Source of the DNA: Salpingoeca rosetta
Lineage: Eukaryota > Protista > Choanoflagellata
Direction: 5' to 3'
Assembly: GCA_033442325.1 (NCBI GenBank)
Contig: JAWQFM010000004.1
Span: 2,390,830-2,454,829, forward strand
DNA length: 64,000 nt
A program made the translations under genes and the position numbers. Below are positions 36,422 through 64,000 of the stretch, in pieces. Each line of letters starts with the position of its first letter. Position 1 is the stretch's first letter. A model generated the notes under the pieces. That model was not told the origin of the DNA. It worked only from the letters and a program-made list of their open reading frames with translations, and ran no database searches.

Positions 36422-37589
36422 GCATGTACACGATGCAACATGCTTTCCCCATCGCGCCTGCCTGCCTCCCGTCCCTGCACAAACAAACAAACAAACAAAA
36501 TACAAAATCAGGATCTGCCGAAGAGCGGGGACTACTTCGCGCTGGTCCTCCTCGACCACGAGCGACAGGCCATGACGTCCATCCAGAGCAACACCAACGC
36601 GCCCTACTGGAACCAGTCCTTCACCATCGATGCCATCCCCATCCAGGCGCGGGAGGTTGTGGTTGAGGTCCACCGCTGCTCGGGAAACTTCGGGGCCGTC
36701 GCTCGCCAGTCCGCCGCCGTTTTCAAGCGAAAGGTGACGCAGCGTGGTTTTGTGTGTGTCTGTGTCTGTGTGTCTGTGTGTCTGTGTGTGAGCGTGTTCA
36801 TGATACCAGAATTGCGATGGTGCTGCCATACACGCCATCTCACAACTAACTACGTCAACGTCGCCCTGCTCTACCGCCCCTGTGCAGGTTGCGAACATTG
36901 GCCGGACAGACACGCCGCGAAAACCGCGAGCGCTTGACGCGGATGCCAAGGTGCGCAGTCAGCATGTGCTGCTCACGGTGTCTTCCGTTTGTGCATGTTG
37001 TTTATTTTTGAGCGTGGCCACAGACAGCATGCATCCACCACACACAGGGCCGACATATGCGCACACGTACACGGGCAAACAGCACGGTCATGCTTATCCG
37101 TCACCAGCATCATCAACGTCATGAAGTTCATTCACTGCCCTTGCTTGTGTTGCCTGCATGCATGCGTGCACGGGTGAGATGCAGACAAAGGAGCGCGTGC
37201 GCGAGGGCGATGTTGTTGGACGCGTCGTCTTCACCATCGCCGACCAGTCCGACCCCTCCGTTGCAAAGGAGCACTGGGCCCCGCTCGCCTCCGCTGACGG
37301 TCCGTGTGCGCGTGTATGCGCTTGCGTGTGCATGTGCGTATGCGCGTGTGTGTATGTGTGTATGTTCGTATGTGTGTGTGTGTGTGTGTGCGTGTGCATG
37401 TTCGTGTGCGTGTGCGTGTGCGTGTGTGTCTTTCTTCCTCCTCACACTGCCTCCTCCTCCTCCTCGACAGGCGATGCGGGCTCCATCCGTGTTGCCGTTC
37501 AAACGACGGACGAGTGCATCCGCCCGGAGCGCGAGTACCAGTACCTTCGCAACCTTATCCACGAGCGAAACCAGGTCCGTAATGATCAA

Positions 37590-37662
<73 letters not shown>

Positions 37663-39488
37663 TGTGAATGCGGTGGAGGATGTCCTTTGCATGTGCTTTG
37701 CAGCGATATTAAACAATGTCGCCTTTGTGTGTATCGTTTCAGGATCTGCAATCGATACTCCGCTCGCTGGATCTCTCCATCCAAGGGAGCGATCGCATCC
37801 CAATGGCCCAGGTACAACACCCGCGCACACATGCCGTTGAAGAACATCATGTGTGTGTGTGTGCGCGTGTGTGTGTGCGTGTGTGTGCGAACGTATGTCA
37901 CATTCTCGAAGCCGCCTCGCGAGTCGTTTTGTCGGCTCACATCACCCCCGCCATGATTATGATTACCACTGCCATAATGCGCTGCCAGGTGTTGATGAGC
38001 GTCGCCCACGCCAACGACTCGCTCCCCGCCGTTCTCCTTGCGCTCTGCCAGGCCGAAGTCCAGGTGTGTGAGCATGTGAGCGTGTGCGAGCATGTGTGTG
38101 AGCGTATGTGTGTGTGCATGTGTGTGCTTTGTTGTTCATTGGGTTTTGCCAAAGTTCCTGTCTCTGGCTCAGCCGCATTCGTTGCGTGCAACGCTTGTGG
38201 CCCATGCTCACGCGTGTGCACATGTTGGTTTATTGTGTGTGTTTATGACGATAAGGGCTCGACGAATCCCACCACGCTCTTCCGCGGCAACTCTCTCGCA
38301 ACCAAGGCCATTGATGAATTCATGAAGGCGAGGAGGCGCACGCACGCGCGCACGCTCTTGCTTAGGATGCATTTGAACGTGCTGTGTGTGTGTGTGTATG
38401 ACATTCCGAAGTCTGCCCTCAATTTCTTGTTGCTCACATGTTCGTCTTCTCTGCCCCTGTCCGACACCTTCCCGACGGCTCGACTGCCGGCAGATCATCA
38501 CCATCCACGAGGGCCGCTACCTCCAGCAGGCGCTTGCCATGCCCATACAGGTGTGCACACCGTATGCATGCTGCGTGGCTGCATGTGGGTGAGCGCTATG
38601 CAAGTTCATCACGGCTGGTGCACGTAAACATCCGCATATTTTTCCACGACCTTGACCACCCCACTCCCCTCCATCTTTACATGTGTACCTCCGCCAGACC
38701 ATCTACGACACGCGTGCGAGCTGCGAGCTCGATCCAACGCGCATTACAGCCAGCGACGTCACGGTGCGTGCTGCACGGGGGCAGAGGGATGGCACACGTG
38801 TGTGTGTGTATGTGTGTGTGTGTGTGTGTGTATGTGTGTGTGTGTGGAGGTGTGGAGGTGTGTGGAGGTGTGGAGGTGTGTGGAGGTGTGGAGGTGTGTG
38901 TGTGTGGAGGTGCGCGCGCATTGCGTGACGGCATACGCCTTTTCTCACACAGAGCGCGCTGTGATGTGTACCGCTGCTGCCACCCATCCCCGACGTGTGT
39001 GAGTAGAAGGAGCGCAACAGCAACTACAAGCGGCTGTTGAATCTAATCAACCTCGTGTGGAGTAGCATCGATCACTCCATCACCAGCGGTGCGTGCTGTG
39101 CTCCTGCTGTGTCCGTGCTGTGTTTTCATACACGCTGCATCCCACAAGCACACGTCCATGTTATTGCCAACCTGCACTCATCATCACCGTCATGTTCATC
39201 AACATGGGCACGTTCATCGCCACAATACCACAATCCCCCCCCCTCACCACCCATGCCGTCATCCTGCTGCAGTGCCTGCTGAGCTGCGCTTCGTGTTCCA
39301 CCACCTGCACCGGATGGTCGCCGAGCGCTTCCCCGACAGCGGCACCGCTCCGCGCACGGCCGTTGTCGGATTCTTCTTCCTCCGCCTCATCTGCCCAGCC
39401 ATCATGGGGCCGCAGGTAGTGACCTGCTCCTGGGGAGAGAAGGGGGGGGGGAGAGACGTGTGGATTTCTGTGTGGGTTTTCTGCGTGC

Positions 39489-39577
<89 letters not shown>

Positions 39578-40342
39578 AATATGGCTGTTGTAATCACTGA
39601 CACGATTGTTCCAGAAACCTACGTGAATGCTCACTATTGCACGTGTGTGCATGTGTATGTATGCGCGACAATTGCGCCAGCTGTTTGGCCTTCAAGTGAA
39701 TCATCCCGAGGACAACACCGCCCGGACCCTCATCCTCATCTCAAAGGTGCAGAGGCCCAATCATGTATTGCAGAGGACAGTTTTGTAATTGTAACATTGA
39801 GTCATGGCATTGTGCATTGGCACCTGCCCTCATGGCGTGTGTCTGTCACCTTTTGCGCTTGGAACAGGTGATCCAAAACATGGCGAACGGCATTACGTTT
39901 GGGCAGAAGGAGGACTACATGAAGGACCTAAACGCATTTATCGGAGAAAACGCTCAAGCAATGGAGGTGGGCGCATGCTCGTGTCTTTGCATTGTCTTTG
40001 CGAATGGCTGAAGCAGCTACTGCAATGTACGTTTGTGCGTGCAGTTTGAGCACACATGTGCCCATGCAATTACTGCTCTCCTCACGTGCTCATCCCCACA
40101 TGTTCACATCCACATCCCATCCCATCACATCACATCATCATCACCACCACCACCCATCACCACCACCGCGTCCGTTCGGTCGGCAGCAATGCCTGCTGCA
40201 CCTGACGTCCCCACCGCCATCGCCAATCATGCTCGACATTGATCTGCAGCCGTCGCCGCGCTGTCTCGCCGCGTTCCACCGCCTGCTGGAGGCAAACCTC
40301 CCCGGCCTTGAACAGTGCGTGCCTGCAAGCGGGTTTGTGTGT

Positions 40343-40387
<45 letters not shown>

Positions 40388-40428
40388 CGTGTGTGCGTGT
40401 GTGCGTGTGTGCGTGTGTGCGTGTGTGC

Positions 40429-40486
<58 letters not shown>

Positions 40487-40490
40487 GTGC

Positions 40491-40584
<94 letters not shown>

Positions 40585-41716
40585 GCGTGCGTGGGGGTGT
40601 GTGTGAAAATGCGTGTAATTGTACACGTATGTGCACGCATATGTGAGTTGTACCCATTGTAAAAGGGTAACACAATTCCACAACTTCATGTATCTTTGCG
40701 CACGTGCGTGTACACAGGACGGCAGCCTCTGAGGAGTTGGGCGATTCCGACCGCAGTCACGTGAAGGCGCTGATTCACGTGGTGAAGGCACTGCGGCGGC
40801 CCAGCAGAGAGGAGCACGACCTGGTGAGCACAACGTGCACTCGAGTGGAAAGAAATGCACACATGCGCCCGCGTGTGGCCTGCACGTTCTGATTTGTTGA
40901 ACGTGACAATCACGCAAGGCATTCTCATACCACTTTGCACGCACGCGTCACCTCATCCGTGTTTTCACTGCATGTACACCCCCACCCCAACACACACACA
41001 CACACGCACGCACGCACACACGCGCTACCAGGCGCTGCACAATGAGATTGAGCGACAGGAGCGTCTTTTGAGCACGGGCGAGTCGGTCGATCTTCAGTTG
41101 AGCGTATCGGGCCCAGGCACGCCTTTGCAGCAGCAGCAGCAGCAGGAGGAGTTTATCCGAACCACCAAGAAGGGTGCGATGTTGTTGTTCTTGTTGTTGT
41201 TGTTGTTGTTCTTGTTCTTGTTGTTGTTGTTGTTGTTGCTGTTGTTGTTCTTGTTCTTGTTCTTGTTCTTGTTCTTGTTCTTGCTCTTGTTCTTGTTCTT
41301 GTTGTTCTTGTTCTTGTTGTTCTTGTTACTGCTGCTACTGCTGCACAGCACCTCACGTTGTTCGGGTGCATCACGTCGCTGCCATTCTTGGTGCCGGTGC
41401 TGACGCGATTCTTTGCTTTGGGCATGACACCAGGCGGACTGTCGACGCTACTCCGTCGCACACGTGCACGCAGCTCGGCAGATCCTCTCGCAAACCAGGC
41501 GGTAATTGCACGCACATGCACATAAATGCACGCAACTTGGGTGTTGGCGCTGCCGGCAGCGCTGTACATGTGTGCTTGTTGTCCATGGCCAGCTCTCACT
41601 GTGTCTGCTTTTTCTCCACGTCACGTGCTGGCGCTCCTTTGCTTTCACAGCGGGTCCGCTCCATCACTTCGTCGCCCACAATGACACGATCAGCAAAAAC
41701 AAGTCAGTGCACGCGC

Positions 41717-41772
<56 letters not shown>

Positions 41773-41795
41773 TGTGGGTGTGTGGGTGTGTGGGT

Positions 41796-41852
<57 letters not shown>

Positions 41853-43179
41853 GTGTGTGTGTGTGGGTGGGTGGGTGAGTGGGTGGGTGAGTGCACGTGT
41901 GTATGTGTGTGTGTGTGCATGTGTGTGCATGTGTGTGTGTGTGTTTTTTTTTCTTGTGTGCGTGCGTGCGTGTGTTTTCTTGTGTGCGTGTGTTCACCCA
42001 CTGGTTCGCACTAACACAATCACCCGTGCCACCCGTGTCGCTGGACAAACCAGGCGCATCGTCGGCGTCGCAAGCGCAGCAGCAGTACCGCGGCACATCC
42101 CCAAGGTGCGCGTATATCGTGATTGAAGACTCTGTTGCGCAGCCTGCAACATGCCTTGTGACCATGCTCTTCCGCGCTCACTCATTGCACCCACGCGCGC
42201 GCGTACTGTTTTGCGATACGTTGATGAACGTGCACACGCTCGCTGCAGCTCGATGGAGGTGGAGCTCGCACTATCAGGTCAGCCATACTGGGTTCATGGC
42301 TGGTTACGTTCGGTCAGTTTTGTTGTATGAGGTGATTGGCAGACATCCCTGCGCGACACTGCTAACACCCAGTGCTCTGCTGCTGACGGGGGCGTGTGTG
42401 CGTGTATGTGTGTGTCTATGTGTGTGGTGCTGTGTGGTGCTGTGTGTGTTGCTGTGTTGTGCTGTGTGGTGCTGTGTGTGGTGTTGTGTGTGTGTGTGTG
42501 TGTGTGTTGTTGCGCATGCAGATTCCATGCAGGGCGCAGCGTTTTCGGACATGACGGCAGCGAGTTTGAAGCGGTCTTCCCCACAGGAGGTGTGTTTGCG
42601 CACGTGTTATTTACTTGAACGTAGCGCACCTTTGCTGTGCATCGCGTGTCACACACCTGGGGTTGCTTCACGTTGTGACACACATTGCACGCCCTCACAA
42701 ACACGCACACACACACTCACCCACAAACACTCACACACACCCTCACTCTCTCTCACACACACACGCGCGCACACACGCTCTCACACAAGCACTCACTCAC
42801 TCACTCACTCACTCATTCACCCACTCACTCACTCACTCACTCACTCACTCACTCACTCACTCACTCACTCACTCACTCACTGGTTCGTGTATTCCTGCAG
42901 CCCATTCCGGAGTTTCTGGCGGAACAAGCGCCAGAGGCGGCGAGTGCGCGGACGAGCGTACTGGTTGAGGAAGGAGCAGCAGTCAGCCCGCAGGAGGCGT
43001 CGCCAGGCTCTGCGGCAAAGATGGGAGCGACGGGCGCGGATATGAGTGCGGCAGAGGGCGCACAGGGACAGGCCAAGCCCGCGTGGCGCCAGGCGTCGCT
43101 GATTGCCCGCTTGACGCAAGAGGATGAAGGCGAGGACGACGACGAAGATGACGAAGATCCAAACGAAACAGACCTTTGA
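32037..43179 (+). CDS. F-BAR (FCH)-PH-C2-RasGAP multidomain protein; many exons
   Basis: Exon 32037-32114 (..VSFSTELL) splices to 32458 ([38 protein letters not shown]), an FCH motif, followed by F-BAR helices ([25 protein letters not shown]). PH: [28 protein letters not shown]2: [19 protein letters not shown]. RasGAP: [19 protein letters not shown] (Arg finger), [38 protein letters not shown]. Stop at 43177-43179. Confidence 0.85.
37590..37662. repeat. (GAT)n trinucleotide repeat, intronic
   Basis: It follows the donor CAG|GTCCGT at about 37575. Confidence 0.85.
41180..41345. repeat. (TTG/TTC)n low-complexity intronic repeat
   Basis: Direct reading. Confidence 0.85.
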
Positions 43180-43189
43180 GCAGAGTCGC

Positions 43190-43222
<33 letters not shown>

Positions 43223-43636
43223 GGTGTACCTGTGATGGTGCGTGTGTGTGTGCGGATGTACCTGTGATGGTGCATGTGGTGTGCATGTGGTGTGCATGTG
43301 GTGTGCATGTGGTGTGCATGTGTGTCTCCCTCCCTCTCCCTCTTTGTGTGAGTGCGGCAACACCACCATCATCCACTGCACCAACACCACTCACTGCCCA
43401 ACCAAATCAGCTCTGGCCCCAACCACTTTCGTAGACGACACGATGATTGTTCGGCGCTTTTTCGTAGAAAATATCCATACATTTTCCGAAACGAGAGCGG
43501 TAAAACAAACAACAACCGAAAAAACGGCAGCAGAGCAGCAAAAGAGGCAAGTTGGAGCTGGTGGCTGATTGTTGTGTGCGCTGCGGATGGATGGATGGTT
43601 GGTTGTTTGTCGAAGGAGAGGCTTGGACACTCGTGG

Positions 43637-43682
<46 letters not shown>

Positions 43683-43847
43683 TGGCAGCCAGCTGCAAGC
43701 ACATAAAACACACAGAGCACGCACACAGTCCTCTCGGAGCGATCGTTTGCGGCCTACAAGCAACAGCGTGTCGCATAAGACGCATTTCGTTTTGTTTGGT
43801 TTGACCTAACGTGTCGGAGGCTGCTGTTGTGTTTGATGTGCATGCAG

Positions 43848-44317
43848 ATGGCAACCAAGGGCGTTGGGAGCTTCTTGAAGAAGGCCGCACGCGGCCGCGT
43901 CGTGAGCGAGAGGAACCTTGCCACAAAGGAGACGATTACCCCTGAGGAAGTCCTCGGCCTGCAAGCTCCAACCACACGTGAGAAAGCGCCGTGCATCGGA
44001 CAACGCTGCTCGCTTGCTCGCCTACATCTCGTACTTGGCTGGGGCTTGTGTCCGAAGTTCGTGGCGTCTAGCCTTTGCCTTACAATCTCACAGTCGACCT
44101 GCCCTCGCATCTCACCTGAATGCACCTCACGCGTGTGCTCACTGCCTCTTCCTGCACGTGGTTGCGTTGCTGTTTGGCCTACAGAGTTCCTGTGCGAGCC
44201 GTCAGCCAACATCTATGGCATTGAGTTTGTGGCCTTCAAGCTGCGAGACATGGAAAGTGGAAATGTGCTGGTCAACCTCGGCCCTGGCATCCCCGAGTAA
44301 GTGCACTTTGGGTTAGT

Positions 44318-44348
<31 letters not shown>

Positions 44349-44975
44349 CGCGCGCGTTTGCGTTTGCGTTTGCGTGTACATCTGTGTCTGTGTCGGAAGC
44401 CTCGACATCACACATTTGCGTGGCTGCTTTCTCCCCTCACACATACACATACACACATACACACACGCTGTCGCTCTCTCTCTCTCCCTTCGCCTCTCCC
44501 TGTGAATTTCTGTCTCGCTCGCTCACTCTCTATGCTTCGCTGTACCTGCTTAGTTCTGAAGCTATGGCTGTGGTTGGCGCGGACAATAGCGGGCGCTTCG
44601 TGCGATACCAATTTCGACCCGACTTCTTCGACCTCAAGTCTGTCGGCGCAAGGTAAGATCCAAACACAGAGAAGGGCAGTAAGCGGGTTTGCCTCATATG
44701 TGCATGAGTGTATGTGCCTACCTGTCTGTCCCCATCTGCGTCTGCATGTCTGTCTGTCCTTCTGTCTGTCCGGTGTATTCTCGTTGCCCTCACGCCCTTG
44801 CTTGGCGATTGCATGCTCACCGACACCTCTTCGTTCTCTGTTCATCTTGTCAGCGTGACGTTCTGTGTTGGCGATAAGCCTGTGCCCAACTTCCGCATGA
44901 TCGAGCGCCACTTCTTCGGCAACAAGTGAGTACATACACACGTGTGCACATGTGTACATCTGTGTGTGTGCGTGC

Positions 44976-45022
<47 letters not shown>

Positions 45023-45594
45023 GTGTGCTGAGATGTGCTTTTCAACTCTGCAAGCATCTTGTCGCATTACAGCTGTTATTCGACGTCCCACCTCACCCAC
45101 TGCACTGCTTGCACTGACGCTGCTGTCTTGCAGGCTGATCAAGAGTTTCGACTTTGACTTTGGATTCTGCATTCCAGAGTCCACCAACACGTGCGAACAC
45201 ATCTACGAGCTGCCCAAGCTCCCTAAGGCTGACAGTAAGTGTGTGTGTGTGTGTGTGTGTGGTTGTGGTTGTGGCTGTGGTTGTGGTTGTGTGTGTTCGT
45301 GTTTATGTTGTTGTTCTTGTTCGTGCTGTCGCTCTTCTCCGTGTTCCTCCTCTTGTATCTTGTGGACCTGGGGTGACATCACGTGTGCGTTGAGCTCCCA
45401 CATTGATCCAGTCGACAACTCTCTTGTTCCTCTGCTCATGCCATCCTGCCCTTCCCCCAATCACGACCATGTCAACACCAGTCGACGCCATGATTGCCAC
45501 GCCATATGCCACCAAGTCTGACAGTTTCTACTTTGTTGACGGGAAGCTCGTCATGCACAACAAGGCAGAGTATGCCTACGACGGGACCTTCTAG
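43848..45594 (+). CDS. UNC119: UNC-119 myristoyl-binding cargo carrier (PDE-delta fold); about 6 exons
   Basis: Exon peptides [86 protein letters not shown] and [26 protein letters not shown]. Confidence 0.95.
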
Positions 45595-46140
45595 CTGCTG
45601 TCGCATGCTGTGCAGTGGCAGGAGTGCTTGAGTGTGCATCCTTGTGTGGCTATGTTGCAGTGTATGGGTGGTGGATCGATTGGTTTGCATAGATCTGTGT
45701 GTGTGTGCGTATGTGTGTGTGTGTGTGTTCGTTCGCAGCTGTGGTGGATTCACATTGCAGTGTGCAAGACGGCTGCTGTCGTGGTGCGGTGGAGCTCTCA
45801 GAAAAGCACTGCCGTGTGCTACATCGGAGTGTGCATGTATGTGTGTGCGTGTGTGCGAAACTTAACTTGAGTGTGAATGAGAAGTGTTTTTGTAGTGCGT
45901 GCGTGTGCACATAGTGTTAAAGGCAGGACAGGTGTGTCCTGATGACAGTAAAGACACGTCGCTCGCTCAATACATCGCTTCGACCACTGATCTTTTACAA
46001 ATCCCCTAACCAAACAAAGAACACGTGACAGAATGACAAGTCAACAACAAGCAAGCAAACAAGCTAGATGTTTGTTCTCTCTGGTTTCATGTCAATCATC
46101 ATCAAGCTATCATGACACCGCTACCCAGTGCACGTCGCTG

Positions 46141-49120
<2,980 letters not shown>

Positions 49121-49746
49121 GATGGCAGTGATGTGACTGTTGCTCTCGCTCCAAGCAGTCAGCAAACAGCAAAACACGTGATGGTGTAAAATGCACGGTG
49201 GAGCCTTGACAGTCATGAGCTGTATTCGAGCACAAGCAATCAAACAACGACGCGAACGGGGAGAGATGCGTGCTTTAAGAGATGCTGAGCAAAGAGGAGG
49301 GGGAGGGGGAGCACGCGCTTGCTCGCGCTTGCTTGGTTGCTTTGTGACATGGATGGCAATAACAGGGCGCCATGTGTCACATACAGGCGTGCGACCAGTC
49401 GAAGCAAGATGAGAGGGAACAAGAAGGCAGCGGCAGTTAGGGAAAGCAGGAGCAACGAACAGAACGACAAGGATGGTCAGGGAACAAAGGCACAACACGA
49501 GTGCGCAATTGTACCCAGGCGAGGTACGGAGCAGCATAGTAAGCGTTAGGACGTCAGGTGGTAACGAAGAAGAGGGAGAGGGAAAGGGGGGGGGGCAGAG
49601 GTGGTTGTTGAAACACGCATCACGTCTGCCCAGCTGGCGGCGGCGGCGGCGGCGGCGGCGGCCCGTTTGACGATGATGATGACGACGACGACGACGAACT
49701 GCCTGGCCCACAATCTCGGTCTGGCCCACTCCTCAATGCCTTTGGC

Positions 49747-49803
<57 letters not shown>

Positions 49804-50379
49804 ACAACACTTCGACAAACGTCAAAGAGTTGACATTATGCAGCTGTCGACACAGTGCAGCTGTCGACACAGTGCAAGGCTCAGCAGCACGACGACGACT
49901 GAATCGTTGATAATGGGGGGATGTACGCGACGCACCTGGTGAGGAAGAAGGCAGCCGCAAGTAAGGCCCATAGAAACAGCAGCGCGGTCCAACTCAACCC
50001 GTCATTGTTCTGTGCTTGTAAATCTGCAGAGGGTGCGAGGTGCGGGATGGGATGAGGAAGGGGATGGCAAGGCCAACGCACACACGCGTACATGCGAGCG
50101 GGCCGGGGGGGGGGCAGATGGGGCAAGGCGGGCTGCAGTTGGCTGAGAACTGCAACATCCCATGACATTTCCACGCAGACAGCACCAAGCACCATGTACT
50201 CACACACGCAAAAAGTGCATATGAACACTCGCAATCTTGTGCTTGCACACACACACAGACATACACACACACATACACATGTTGCCTGAAACGTACCCTC
50301 AAAGCACTCTGAATCTGTACATGTGTCCTGCGCATTGCGAAGCTGTGGGAGAGGAAGAAAGGCGTCAAGCCGTGAAACA

Positions 50380-50445
<66 letters not shown>

Positions 50446-50979
50446 CTTATGTGAGAAGCAGGAGGGTGTAAGGAGATGGCAGAGAGATGCACATTACACC
50501 ATGCAGGCTTGGAGTCGATGCGCAACATGCAAACACAAACACATGCTAAGGAAATCAAAGAAAACGCGTGCACACAAGCACACACACATGCACACACACA
50601 CACATGCACACACACACACACGCACACACAACGGCGTGTACCATTTGAAGGAGGCGCTGCATGAGCGCGCTGTGCGTGATGCACGCGCATGGATCAAAAT
50701 CAGACATGGCTTGCAAGTAAGCTGGTGGGTTGAAAGGATGGTTGCTGTGGTTTGGTTGTGGTTGTTGCGGTGTGGTGTTTGCTTTTCACACACTCACGCA
50801 TTCGTTTTCCCACAAATGATTCGATGCACGTTTTTGTTGAAAGCAAAAGGAACCACGCACACGCACAAAAGGAGCACGTACGTGTGTGGTGGCGGTCAGC
50901 AGTGGCAGACTATGGGGGTAGGTCAGCAGAACACAAGAAAGAAAACGACAAAACGAAAGACGTGGAACATTGGGGGAGG

Positions 50980-51168
50980 GAGGGTGAGAGGGAGAAGGAA
51001 AGAAAGGAAGTCCGGGAGAGGGTGAGAGGGAGAAGGAAAGAAAGGAAGTCCGGGAGAGGGTGAGAGGGAGAAGGAAAGAAAGGAAGTCCGGGAGAGGGTG
51101 AGAGGGAGAAGGAAAGAAAGGAAGTCCGGGAGAGGGTGAGAGGGAGAAGGAAAGAAAGGAAGTCCGGG
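50980..51168. repeat. 38-bp purine-rich tandem repeat x5 (GAGGGTGAGAGGGAGAAGGAAAGAAAGGAAGTCCGGGA), in the probable ACC 3' UTR
   Basis: Five near-exact copies, about 75 bp beyond the ACC stop. Confidence 0.95.
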
Positions 51169-51243
51169 GGAGGCAGGACGGCGAGAAATTGACCCAAGGA
51201 AAGACAAGACAAAGACAAGCAAGTAGCCTGAGTCGCTTGGTTT

Positions 51244-64000
<12,757 letters not shown>

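Noticed and set aside
49849-49876. 17-bp direct duplication (CAGCTGTCGACACAGTG)
   Set aside because: A simple local slippage duplication with no associated element.
50980-51168. Possible CRISPR-like array
   Set aside because: Head-to-tail repeats with no unique spacers, no cas genes, and a eukaryotic context.

Overview
Eukaryotic, very intron-rich genomic DNA in which nearly every intron contains (CA/GT)n or other microsatellites. Gene content and intron style suggest a choanoflagellate such as Salpingoeca (inference). Most ORFs in the supplied track are microsatellite read-throughs, so genes were assembled by hand from exons. There are eight genes: GCN1 (+), a bacterial-LiuC-like enoyl-CoA/methylglutaconyl-CoA hydratase (+), O-GlcNAcase with a C-terminal GNAT domain (+), an orphan that is probably tail-anchored (-), an F-BAR-PH-C2-RasGAP (+), UNC119 (+), a predicted N-myristoylated protein built from a duplicated three-exon module joined by polyQ (-), and the 3' part of acetyl-CoA carboxylase (-). 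Most notable: (i) the OGA GNAT domain keeps the acetyl-CoA-binding QxxGxG motif that human OGA lacks; (ii) the exon-duplicated two-repeat lipidated protein lies tail-to-tail with the myristoyl carrier UNC119; (iii) F-BAR is fused to a p120-like RasGAP; (iv) two short blocks of foreign composition sit inside GT microsatellites (13561-13910 and 24314-24540) and are either insertions or assembly/gap-fill artefacts. There is one 100-N gap.
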